A DNA stretch of 64,000 nucleotides from NCBI RefSeq assembly GCF_009914755.1, contig NC_060935.1. One strand, given 5' to 3'. The notes below the pieces were generated by a model that saw only the letters and a list, made by a program, of their open reading frames with translations, was not told where the DNA came from and made no database searches. The position numbers and the translations under genes are program-made. This document shows, piece by piece, positions 1 to 31,126 of the stretch (position 1 is its first letter; the number at the start of each line of letters is the position of its first letter). This stretch comes from the human T2T-CHM13v2.0 reference genome, Homo sapiens.

Positions 1-374
1 GGCCCATGAACTAAGAGTGCTTTTTAGATTTGTAAAGGATTGTAAAAACATGTATGCAATAGAGGCCATTTGTTGTTGACACAGCCTAAAACATTTACTC
101 ATTAATCCTTCACAGAAAACATTTACCAACCTCTGCACTAGATTTATATGCTTTGTAAGATAAGGTACTGTGCTTTATTCCAGGTAGGTAACTTTGTGCC
201 TGGCATTAAACCAATTTATCCAATCTTTAATTAAATGAATTTAATATTCTTAAATTCTGTCTTAGAAAATAAGACACTCAGATGCAGCACTTTATGAAAA
301 TTCAGATGAGTAGTGAATATCTTATCTGCTTTGGAGAGAAAAACACAACAAATCAGATACTTGCAGGATTAGGC

Positions 375-380
375 TTTAAT
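375..380 (-). terminator. PUS3: Candidate PUS3 polyadenylation signal ATTAAA (alternatives: ATTAAA 441-446, AATAAA 174-179)
   Basis: Hexamers on the minus strand downstream of the stop codon. Confidence 0.5.
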
Positions 381-657
381 GAATTTGAATACAAGGCACA
401 GGTTTCCAGGTGTATGTAAATACATCTCCATTTTACGTTCTTTAATCGCTTAATCCTTTTGGACCGGGATAAGAGAATATTTGAAATTTCTTATTAAAGC
501 AATAACTTCCTTAATAGGGCTTTAGTCTTTTTGCTTTTTTTTTTTTTTAAGAGCTGATCATCTGAATTCCTAGTACTTGCAAGTAAATTTTTTTTTTTTT
601 TCCTTTTCTGTCCACCTACCATTAGGTGGTTCCTAGATCCTGGCAAATTGTCTATGG

Positions 658-1159
658 TTAAATGATGCTTTTAATTTCTGTGTCAACACAGACCCTCTTC
701 GTTGGTGTCTCCAAATTAGTATTCTCTTCCTCTAGTGTGTCATTACAGTCCCTTTTGGCTTTTGTTTCTTCCTCATGGAATAAATGTGGGTGCTCAATTC
801 GTCCCCTACGTACAAAATGCTGGATCCGGGATTCCAGTCCTTGGCATTTAGGACGGTCCATGAGGGGCTTATATGTGCGCATCTTCACTCCTTCTACAAA
901 GGCACTGGTCTGCTTTATGACAGAGGGCTTAACATTTCCCCATTCTGTCATTCCATCCATCTTTGGTCCTATTCCACAGGGTACTGGAACAGTGTCCAGT
1001 CCTTGTAGCATACTATACAACATGTGAGTTTTGACAGCATGATTAGCCCACAGTTGTTGTAGGTGGGTAATATTGAACTCCTGAGCCTCCTGGTCATAGA
1101 TCCACTTGACATTTTCAAACTTACAGTCATATAAGACTAGAGGAAATTCTACAGCCATA
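658..1159 (-). CDS. PUS3: PUS3 last coding exon (SMAVEFPLVLYDC...EIKSII*)
   Basis: Acceptor tttttctctag; TAA stop at 660-658. Confidence 0.96.
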
Positions 1160-3157
1160 CTAGAGAAAAAGAGAAAAGAAAGTTTGAGAATACATAACAT
1201 CCATCTAACAGTTCTTTAAAAACTAAGGGTTAGTTGCGTTAAGGGAGCCGGGTAGGGCGCCACCATTGATGTTAATATTGCCTAATAGCTGAGAAAATAT
1301 CTCACCATCCCTAACCTTGAACACCTTTATTACAATAATGAAAAATGCAACAAATCATAGATCAACCTGATCTATGTAAGGTAAATGTCAGTGCTAACAA
1401 GACATGGCTCCATCATACTGCTATAAAATTAAAAACAGCTGGTATTTTTTCCAAATTTGTTAATGGCATTGCAATTTTGTATAGTATGAGTAAAATTATT
1501 GGTATCTATCTCAGCCTGTTCTCAAATGAAAAATCTTGACTATTCTTTCTTTCCTACCATTTTGGAAATAGGAAATTAGGAAAAATTCAGAAGTACAGTA
1601 GGATGACTACTCAGTGATATAAAACAAGCAAGATTTAATATGAATAGTTTGTTCATTTTAATTTTACCACATCCTAACAGTAATACCTCTTAACATAAAT
1701 TCAGAAACACCAATGATGTAGAAATTAATGTCTTTTTACTTAAGGAGCCTGGTCAAAACACCTGCCTCTTTACTCATGGGATAGAACAATGAGAGGAAAT
1801 TAAAATACACTGCTCCCTCTTACATGTTCATAACATTCTACAATTCAGAGTAAAGCTTCATGAAGGCAGAATCAGTGACTTCGTTATTTAGACAGTTACG
1901 GTGGAGAGGAGGATATGCTATTTCTTTTTTTTTTTTTTTAAGACAGTCTCCCTCTGTCACCCATGCTGGAATGCAGTGGTCCAATCTCAGCTCAGTGCAA
2001 CCTCCGCCTCCTGGCTTCAAGCAATTCTTGTGCCTCAAGCGTCCCGAGTAGCTGGGACTACAGGCATGTGCCATTTATTTTTTATTTTTAACTCACCTAT
2101 ATTGAGGCTTTTGGGGATTTTTCTCTATATTCAGCAGCTCATCAATAATCTCTGGCTTCTCCATTCCTTGGCCAATCAGAAAGAGGATAGCCATCATACA
2201 TCGGACTTGATGATAAAGGAATGCCTGGCCAGTCACTTCAAACTGACATAACTGGAAAGGTTCTTGCCATCTCCCCTCACCTGGGCTCTGGCCCACTAGC
2301 TGTACTTGAGCAGATAGAATAGTCCTCTGAAAATTAATCACACCGTTGGCTACATCCATTTTACACAAGTTCCTGAAATCATGGGTGCCAACATACTTCT
2401 GAGCTGCATAATCCATGGTTACAATATCTAAATCAGCACGAGGGAAAAAATAGCGGTAAGTCCGCTCAAGGCAGCTGAACCTAGCACTGAAGCTTGGTTC
2501 TACAGGGGCCCAGGCCAATATACGGATGTCTGGAGGGAGTACCCGATTGAGAATGTGGGTATAACGGATCTCTTCAGCAGCAGCATTAGCCTCCTCTTTT
2601 ACATTAAAGTCCTCGGAATCCCTGCCCCTTGGAAACTGAGAGCGAAGGTCAAGTGAGATCACCTGTGGAGTTAGACAAAGATACTGGGTTTTAGAGACAC
2701 AAATAATCTCAGTACTCAGTGTGTATACCTAGAATATCCTAGTATTGCTTGCTTTGAGAAACAGTGTATTGGCCCTTACCTGTCCAAAGGCACTAACTCC
2801 TTTATCTGTTCTCCCACATCGGTGATAGTTGGATGTCTGTCTGCTTTCTACTAGTCGAGTCTTGGTTAGAGCTTCAAACAGTTTCTCTTCAATGGTATTA
2901 TTTGTGTTTTCCTGACTAGCAAAGCCCTGGTATCCCCAGCCCATATAGGCTATTCTTAGGGCTACGTGTCTTCGGCCATGAGCACTGAAATCAAATGCAC
3001 GCTTAGTTTTTCCAGCTCCTGATGAATTTTCTCTAATGTTTGAGTCCTCCTTATTTTTGGCCTGTTCCTTTTTAAGTCTTTGCACCTCTTGCTCCAGTTC
3101 TCGTACTCTTTTTAGGAGCTTCTCAGTCTGGTTTCTGTCTGTGTCATTATCAGCCAT
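658..3157 (-). CDS. PUS3: tRNA pseudouridine(38/39) synthase, TruA family; spliced CDS of 481 aa
   Basis: Coding exons 3157-2780, 2662-2097 and 1159-658 with GT-AG boundaries total 1446 nt (481 aa plus stop). Contains the TruA catalytic motif GRTDKGV and the FLYHQVR motif. Confidence 0.98.
1921..2073 (-). mobile_element. Partial Alu (single arm)
   Basis: Poly-T followed by antisense Alu arm sequence. Confidence 0.85.
2097..2662 (-). CDS. PUS3: PUS3 middle coding exon (VISLDLRS...KPQY)
   Basis: Acceptor ctccacag, donor GTGAGT; 566 nt. Confidence 0.96.
2780..3157 (-). CDS. PUS3: PUS3 first coding exon (MADNDTD...SAFGQ)
   Basis: ATCATGG Kozak context; donor GTAAGG; the exon acceptor ttttcag places the exon start at about 3203. 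Confidence 0.96.
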
Positions 3158-4119
3158 GATATGACAACCCCAGGAATAAACCAATCATACAGGTCTGCCC
3201 TGTCTGAAAAGAGAGCAAAGGGATACAACAGTTTCAATGCTAGTTCCTTTGATGATGTTCTAATGGTATATAAGATTTAATTTAATGCCCAAAGAATATA
3301 CTTTTGCTTTTCCAGGGATACAAGCATTAGCTTTATTGTGGGTTGATCATCCACAGATAGCATTCTTTTCCATCCTGTCTGGCCAGTTCACAGAGGGAAA
3401 GAACTGTTTGTTATTCAGTTGTCATTATTAAGGTTTCATTAAAGCAGTCAAAATTCAGGGAGAATGTCTATAGATTTCATTTCTCTATCTTCACTGAATT
3501 GATTGAGGACTGATGTTACAGATTTTTTTCTCTAAAACATTTCCATTTGATTTCTCACTGTATTTGTTCAATTTGCTAGTCATAAGATTTCTTTATATGG
3601 GCTACTTTTATCTGCTCTGAGTTTCTATTGCTTTCCATTATCTCAAATAAATGACTTGTATGCTCCATCATCTAATATTCATTAGATGAATATTAGGTGG
3701 TGCAATAGAAGCTAGCCTAACTGAAGAAGCTTACCGATGGTTGTATTTCACATTGGAAGTAGAAGCTAGAGACAAGATTTTCTCACTTTAAGCAATTTTG
3801 ATGGGAGAAAAAAAGATAATTAAGCACTCTGACCCCTTTCTAAAGCTGAATTAAATGCATATTTTGATAAAAGATTTCTGTGCCTCTAATAGTTTAAAAA
3901 GTCAGTCTGATGTAATGTAGATGTCAGTGTAGAAATTCCTGTAATATTTCAATAATCTGAGGACAACTGTACTACATCCTTAAAATTGGGATGGTCCTAG
4001 ACAATCTGTGACTGATGGTTACTTTAGTTAGAGAAGACCATCTCCACATCTGTTCTAAGGCCATGTTATCTAAGTATAGGTAGCTTAGTTTTTTACTATG
4101 AGTTTCTGTATCTATAATA

Positions 4120-5100
4120 GATTAAAAGTTTAAATTGTAAAAAATGAAACTGAAAGTACTAGAAGAAAACATGGAATGACTTTTTTCTGAAATTCTGGAG
4201 TAGGAAAGGCATTTCTAAGCAAAACAGTCTAGAAACCCAGACACTAGAAAAAGATGTGACCTAAAAGGAAAAACTTCTGCCAGCAAAAAATAAAAGGCAA
4301 ATGACAAACTGAGAAGAAAAAAATAAGTGATGGTAAAGTGCGACCTTCCTCAATATATATTTCATGAATATATACATCAGTTTTAATGAAAAAGTAAAAA
4401 AAAAAAATCCAGCAACCTGAGAGTCAAATGGGCAAAGACCAAGCATTTCAAACAAAAAGAAAAAAGCTTATAAAAATTTTTTAAAAAAAATTTTAAATGC
4501 TCAATTTTACTCAGCTGAGATAAATGCAAAAGGATATGAACTATTTTTCAAGGAAGTGACTGCAAAGACAAAGTTTGATAGTATACCACTTTGGAGAGGG
4601 AATAGAGACACAAGCTCTATTAATGTATGGTCAGTACAGCTTCTTTGGAGGTAAACATTTTGGCAACAGCTGTCAAAATTGAATATACACATACCTTTTG
4701 GCCCACCTCTCCCATGTCTAGAAATTTAATCCATTCATATGCTTGCACAAATAGATAAAAACTTGCAAGATACTCGTGTTAGCATCAGTAAACCTATAAA
4801 CCTAAATTACACCAGTAAGGGAATGGCTGACTAAATTTATGATACATTCATACATTGGAATTCCGCGCAACATAAAATGAAGAATGTCGGCCTGTGCTGA
4901 TATAGCTGGATAACCAAGATTATCTTTAAGGTTCAGAAGAGTTGTGTAGTGTTGTCCTTTACGGTATTAAAAAAAAATGTACATGTGAATATGGAAAATT
5001 TCTAGATAAATCATAAGAAATTGCCTTTGAGAGTAAAACTTGGTGGGGGAGGGAAAATCCTTGCTTAAAATTATCATGTGCATGTATTAGTTTTTCAGTT
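4120..5100 (+). mobile_element. Old L1 (L1M-type) 3' remnant
   Basis: A-rich, with degenerate L1 3' motifs (ctagaagaaaacat, aaatgggcaaagac). Confidence 0.6.
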
Positions 5101-5274
5101 TAAAAAGAAAAATAGTGGGGACACAGGAAATAGTGGACAGTAGATACCTATCTCAGATCCAGTCAGGAAACTAGCATTGGGTATGTGGCTGATTGATGTG
5201 GATACCAAGTTATTTCAGACACTAGAATAAACAGATTTAGCTGGCAACTGAAGATGCATTAAAACTACCAAGAC

Positions 5275-5556
<282 letters not shown>

Positions 5557-5669
5557 TTATTAAAGCATAGAAATTATATGTATGCACGTATATACACATT
5601 ATATGTGTGTGAGAGAACACAACACTGCTTTTGTGATTTTTTTTTTTTAGATCAAATCACTCTTTTATG

Positions 5670-5890
5670 GTTAAAAGCAGGGACTCAGTCTGAAGCCAAA
5701 CTGCTTGAGTTAGAATTTCAGCTCCACTACTTACTAGCTGAGTAACCTTGGGCAAGTTATTTAACTTCCCTGTGCCTCATGTTATTCATCTGTGAAAAGC
5801 AGATAATCCCACAGCTGAAAATTACATGAATTAATAAATGTAAAGCACATAGAACAATGGCAGGCACATAAAGTACTCCCTAAGTACCTG
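5670..5890. mobile_element. MIR
   Basis: MIR core accttgggcaagttatttaacttccctgtgcctc. Confidence 0.7.
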
Positions 5891-6149
5891 TTACATAATG
5901 TACATTAAGCAGTATGCCCCATATCATGTAGTTTCAAGCTTTTCTTATGCCAGAACTATACTGTCCTGTTTTAGGACCTGAAGGTGGCAAGACAGTAGAA
6001 AGCAGGAGTAAGAGTGGAAATGAAAGCAGGTAATAGATTCCCTAGAACTGAGTTAATGCCCCTCTAAACTGTTCTGATACTACCCTGTATTGAATTTATG
6101 ATGGCCTTAGCCATTCTTTCTCCATTTGACTGCTATAAAACGGAGATAA

Positions 6150-7139
<990 letters not shown>

Positions 7140-7495
7140 ATCTTTTTAAACTTCTTTCACAGGATTGTTTGAGATAACCTAGCTCTTTATATCTTCCCTT
7201 TTAAATAGAAACAACTGTCTTGAGAAGCTCTTCGAAACATTTTATGGTAAGGACTTCACCTATCATTGGTCTTTCCTAGCTATATATCACATTGGTATCA
7301 GATGATACTTCCAAATTGCCACTCAAATCCAGCAATTGCAAGATAAATCATATCAGAGAAAGAACAACAGACCTGGTCTTTCTATTTTGTCAAATTAGTA
7401 AGGGCCCTTTGTGTCCTGTAACTTTTTTTACCTATCAATATGAGTTGCTGTGCTTCAGTGTGTGTTTTTTAAGTTGCTGGGCATTACACTTACCA

Positions 7496-7501
7496 ATTAA
7501 A
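7496..7501 (+). terminator. HYLS1: Candidate HYLS1 polyadenylation signal ATTAAA
   Basis: ATTAAA about 360 nt after the stop codon. Confidence 0.6.
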
Positions 7502-7600
7502 GAATTTTGGAAATTCATGAACTTGAACATTATTTCATGAAATACTTGCCTAAGATGATCTTGAACCTGGGCTATGATGACAGCTCAAAAGAAAGAACAA

Positions 7601-7896
7601 GCCGGGCGCGGTGGCTCACGCCTGTAATCCCAGCACTTTGGGAGGCCGAGGCGGGCGGATCACGAGGTCAGGAGATCGAGACCATCCTGGCTAACACGGT
7701 GAAACCCCGTCTCTACTAAAAATACAAAAAATTAGCCGGGCGAGGTGGCGGGCGCCTGTAGTCCCAGCTACTCGGGAGGCTGAGGCAGGAGAATGGCGTG
7801 AACCCCAGGGGGCGGGGCCTGCAGTGAGCCGAGATTGCGCCACTGCACTCCAGCCTGGGCGACAGCGAGACTCTGTCTCAAAAAAAAAAAAAAAAA
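7601..7896 (+). mobile_element. Young AluY (AluYe-like) with target-site duplication
   Basis: CpG-rich; TSD aaaagaa[a/g]gaacaa at 7587-7600 and 7893-7906. Confidence 0.92.
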
Positions 7897-9181
7897 GAAG
7901 GAACAAAAACCTGCCTTTTACATAGTCCTAAAGGATGGGAGAGGTTAACAACATGGATAGCCTCATTACTAAAGGTGTACAACAAATCCAAGTAGCTTTA
8001 AAATACTTTTTAACAAATGCCCCAAAACAGTACCATATAACATACAGGATTCAAACTTGTTTTATTTCAGAATTATTTCATTAATATTTTGCCTGCCAGC
8101 TGTTATTTCTGGAATACCATTCTTTTTATAATTTGCCCCTGAGATTTTTGTAGGAATTATGCATCATTTGGAAGGGTATTCCTACTCCAGTAGAAATTCA
8201 AACTAGTAACATCTGGAATCAGATGCAAACATAAATACCAATATGAACCTAGCCTGTTTGGGTGCAGATCAAAATAGGAATTCTGCTCACCTTAAATTGT
8301 AATTTATCTGTTCTTGATATTTCTGACCCAACGGGGACCATCTAAAATCTGAAAGTTGTCAGTTTTAACACCAGAGGCCAGAAGAATGATAGCACAGTTT
8401 GCTTGTTCACAGAGAAAAAGTTCTAACATAAAGGTGAATGACCTTGACCGTTACTATCTGCGAAAATCATTTTCCCTGTAACATTTAAAGCCACATAATT
8501 CACACATTCACCCAGTTCTATTTGTTAGGCATTTGTCTGGAAAAGAAGTAATCAATGACTCAGGTACATGTAGGATATACTCACCGCAAAAAAGTAGAAA
8601 CTGCAAACTGTCCACCAACAGTGGAATAGTAAATGTCTTTAAAGACATTAGAATATTAAATAGTCATTGGGAATCTTGGGAAAGTAATATGGGAAGGTGA
8701 AATTAAGTGACATGAATGTATCATAAACTATACAGGATGATCTCAGTACACACAGGGAAAGATCAAAACCTAACGAGTAGTGGGATTAAAGGTAATTTGT
8801 ATTTATACCTCGACTTTTTATGAGGTCAAAAATTACATGGTGATTTTAACATGCAAAACACTCCAGTGATTATTTGGATCTCAAAGTCCAACATTACCAA
8901 AGTCTCCAAAGTTCAACTCCCGTGCTAACTAAAGAACTAGGCCAGGGAGCGAGTCTAGTTGGTCATAAGGCAGATTTGTGGCAAAAACAGGACTTGGTAC
9001 ACTACAGTGCTTTTTCCGGCACACCTTACCCTAATTCAGGGTGAAGTGCAGGAGTTCCCAAGCAGACGTTTAAAGTAACACCCTGGCCAGGGCTGCGAAG
9101 TAACCACAGAGAGGGAATTCGTGTGTCCCCTAAGCACCAATTACAAACTAAAACGGCCATCACCAGATGTTCCATACATTG

Positions 9182-9486
9182 GGCCAGGCGCCGTGGCTCA
9201 CGCCTGTCATCCCAACATTTTGAGAGGCCAAGACGGGGTGGTGGCGGGGGGGAGGGGGGGTCGCTCGAAGTCAGGAGTTCGAGACCAACCTGGGCAACAC
9301 AGCGAGACCGTGTGTTAATTAAAAAATTAAAAACTAGGCTGCCAAGATGGCGCACGCCTGCAGTCCCAGCTAGTTGGAGGCTGAGGTGGAAGGATCGCTT
9401 GAGCCCAGGAGGTAGAGGCTGCAGTGAGCAGTGATCACGCCACTTCACTCAGCCTGGGCGACAGTCTTAAAAAAAAAAAAAAAAAA
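9182..9486 (+). mobile_element. Alu (AluJ-like) with an internal G-run expansion
   Basis: gatcgcttgagcccagg and gaggctgcagtgag are J-type positions. Confidence 0.88.
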
Positions 9487-10038
9487 GTCCTAATCTCAGG
9501 AACCAGTGGGTTAACACATAAATAGCATTCCTCTTGATAAACTTTATATTAATCCAAAGGGAAGAAGAGGGAGTACTGTCCAAAGGATTAGCAGACACGC
9601 ACTATGATCACTAGAAAGCAATCGTGGTCTGTATGTAAGGCAATCCCCAAAATAATTTGAAAATTGCTGCCACAGCCTCCCACATACTCCTGGGTTCTCA
9701 ACTTCTACTGTTTTATGAGCACCCAATTCTAAGTGGGGCAGCAGAGCACTTTTGTACTCCACAGTACAAGTACCACTGAAGCTCCCGTCACAACGGAATT
9801 AAAGACGACCCTACTGCGGCGAGTTTCCACCGAGAGCTCCAGAAAGTACCAGGCACAAAAGAAAAATACATGGTCTTAAGCGAGGTCTCATTTCCATACG
9901 GCAATGCTTTCCTGAAAAGACCAAAGTATGTGAAAGAGGGCAAAAAGAAGACAACAGACAACCGTTCAGCAGCGTGTCCATTTGTCCCTTCCCCTGTGGA
10001 ACCCAGAAAGTAACCCACTCCAAAAATCCCACACTTAC

Positions 10039-10100
10039 TTTCCGGCAGCCGGCCGCGCCGCGTTTCCGAGAAAGGAAGCTGTCACTGTGCGTCTTCTGCG
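10039..10100 (-). other. PUS3: PUS3 non-coding first exon (5' end approximate)
   Basis: Consensus donor AAA|GTAAGT at 10038-10033 inside a CpG-rich patch, just downstream of promoter motifs. Confidence 0.75.
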
Positions 10101-10275
10101 CAGGCGCCCGAGCCCTCATGGGAGGTGTAGTCCAAGTTTGTGGGAAATGTAGTTCTGAGAACCGAGCTTGGTGCTAGAATCTACCTGAGGTTTTCTAGTC
10201 CAGCTACCGTTTCTCCGCCCACAGGGCAGAATCTGGGCCTGTGGCAGGACAGCAATAAAAGGAGGAATTGTAGTG
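10095..10275. promoter_or_regulatory. PUS3 proximal promoter with ZNF143/THAP11-type ACTACAnnTCCCA motifs and an NRF1-like site
   Basis: tgggaggtgtagt 10119-10131, tgggaaatgtagt 10141-10153, aggaattgtagt 10263-10274; TGCGCAGGCGC 10097-10107. Confidence 0.75.
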
Positions 10276-11134
10276 CTACGCTAAAATAATAGAAAAAAGG
10301 TAATTTTTCAAATTCTGCTATCCTTATACGAAAACTAAAAGATTGAAGATCTTGGCTCGATTTTATACCTAGTTAAATGAGAAGAAAGTTACCATTGAGA
10401 GACAAAAACATTTACTATTAGAATTCAAATTAAAAGCTGAAATGAATATGATAATCTCAAAACAAACGACTAGGTGCCCTGAGAGTGACCGAACAGAGCG
10501 GGGAGCGTTGCTTCAGCACCACGGAGAGATCATCACTGCAGTTTCGTGTGGGTTTTTGTATTTTTGCCCCCAATTCCAGAAATGCTGATCAAAATCTCAA
10601 AATTACAATTAGAAAACTGGGGGGCGGGGGGGAGGTGGAATTTGGTTCTTTCGTCCAAATTGAGCGGTCATTAAATCATTAGTACCAGGGATCCAGGGAT
10701 CTATACCGGATTATGCAAACGCATGTAGGACGTAGAGGTTATACCGAAAGGTAATGTTTTTAACAAGAGACCACATTTCAGAATAAAAGCTTTAAAAAGC
10801 CTATGTGGAACATCACAGGTATCTAGGGCAGGAACAGCAGTTAGAGCTTGAACAGTTCTGCTTCCTTTCCGCAACTGTGGCATTCGAGGTCATTCGTCAT
10901 ATCAAATTCATCAGATTTTGTCTCCACTTTCCTAACCAATTCGCTAACCTTTCTGACATCTTGTGATGTGGAGGCGGAAATTTCCAGGGAAACCGACACG
11001 GGGCGTAAAGCGCGGCGGGGAGTCTGGGGGGCTCCCGCCTGGAGGGCTGTGTGAGCGGCGGGCCGCGGGGCGGCGCGGGGGGCGCTCTCCACTCTGCGGA
11101 AGCTGCCCCCTCTGCCCTCCGGTCCGCGCCCTTT

Positions 11135-11197
11135 CGCCCCGCTCTCTGCCCTCCGCCCCGCTCTCTGCCCCCCGCCCCGCTCTCTGCCCTCCGCCCC
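11135..11197. repeat. 19-bp GC-rich tandem repeat (CGCCCCGCTCTCTGCCC[T/C]C), about 3.3 copies
   Basis: Units at 11135-11153, 11154-11172 and 11173-11191, with a partial unit at 11192-11197. Confidence 0.9.
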
Positions 11198-11367
11198 TTC
11201 CGCGCGCCACCCAGCCTTCCAGCGCCTGCGCGCCGCACCGCGGTGGTCGCGGGCGCGGACGCGGACGCCTGCCCCCTAAGGAAGCCCATTGGCCAGCGGA
11301 TGGGGCCAGCACCGCCTCGCGCCGGTGGTGGAAGCACGTGCTGGGGGCGGGAGCAGCAATCGCAGCC

Positions 11368-29733
<18,366 letters not shown>

Positions 29734-29850
29734 AGAAAGAACTTTATTGTTTGTGCAGTATCCTAGTTTATGTGAGAATGTCTCAGTGGGTTTTGAAGGT
29801 AATTTTTTTATGTTGAGGCTTTTTCGACGTGAAACTGTCACAGATGGCAA

Positions 29851-29934
29851 AATAAATGTCACGGTACTTAGTTTTAAGACATGAGGTCTTTTTGAAGCCA
29901 AATTGATGTGAAGCTTGTGATCCTTTTGAATAAA
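29851..29934 (+). terminator. DDX25: DDX25 tandem polyadenylation signals AATAAA (29851-29856 and 29929-29934)
   Basis: Two canonical hexamers about 120 and 200 nt after the stop codon. Confidence 0.65.
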
Positions 29935-30837
29935 AAAAAGGCAAGATTATTTCTTATTCTAATCTTTGTACAGGTAATGTCTCAATGTGGGCTATGGGGG
30001 TGTTTTTGGATTTGGTTGATACAATCTGAGCAGATCGTGCCTCTTGGGAGCATCTTACTGTGTCACAAGAGGGCGGTAGAGCTTCGCTGATTTTGGAAGC
30101 GGAGCGAGTAGGAAAAAGCCCATGTCTTCAGACCTCACTCACAGGTGCCCTTTCCAGCCATTTATGCCTTTCCCCGCTCCCCGCCTTAAACTCCCCCATG
30201 CATGCACATGCATGTTCTTAAGTGAAAGTACAGATTAAAACTTTTAAAAAGTGAAACCATTTGAAAGAAAGAGTATTTTACTTCTTTAATGTTTCAAGGG
30301 ACATACAGAATTTCAGAGTATTTTTCTATTTTGCTTCTCTTCAAATTAAAGATTTACTCCCTCATCAGTTATTTCATAGTCTCTAAAAGTGTGGCTGTAT
30401 TATGGGCATTTCTTAAAAGCAGTCGGGAGGGTAAAAAAAAAACCCACATACCCTATTAAAGAAGTAACATTTTAGAGAGCAAAAGTTTTTTGCTTTTAAG
30501 AATTTAAAGGTATGTCAGAATCCTGGACATTTTCCCACAAGACCCATTGAGATACTTTTTAATTTTTCATATTTCCTACTCAAAAGTAAAGTGTAGTGAG
30601 CTTGAGAAGATGGGGTAAATGGAGAGTCCCCCAGAAAGCCGGAGCGGATCTTGTAACCAGAGCGCCGGTACCAGCTCTGTCACGGCACCAAACTGCACCA
30701 GTGGCTGCAGTGAGTGGCCCTGTCATCGGTGGCATGGTGGTTCCTGGCATATCTATTTTGATATCCCTCTTCCATGTCACCCTGCCCATGTTTTCTCCCG
30801 GAGAGCAGGGCTCAGAAATACATAAAAATCATCACGT

Positions 30838-31126
<289 letters not shown>

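Noticed and set aside
662-1027. 121-aa plus-strand ORF
   Set aside because: Antisense shadow of the PUS3 last exon with no independent support.
30596-30830. GC-richer patch with short ORFs downstream of DDX25
   Set aside because: No recognisable homology, splice structure or RNA gene fold; I cannot support a call.
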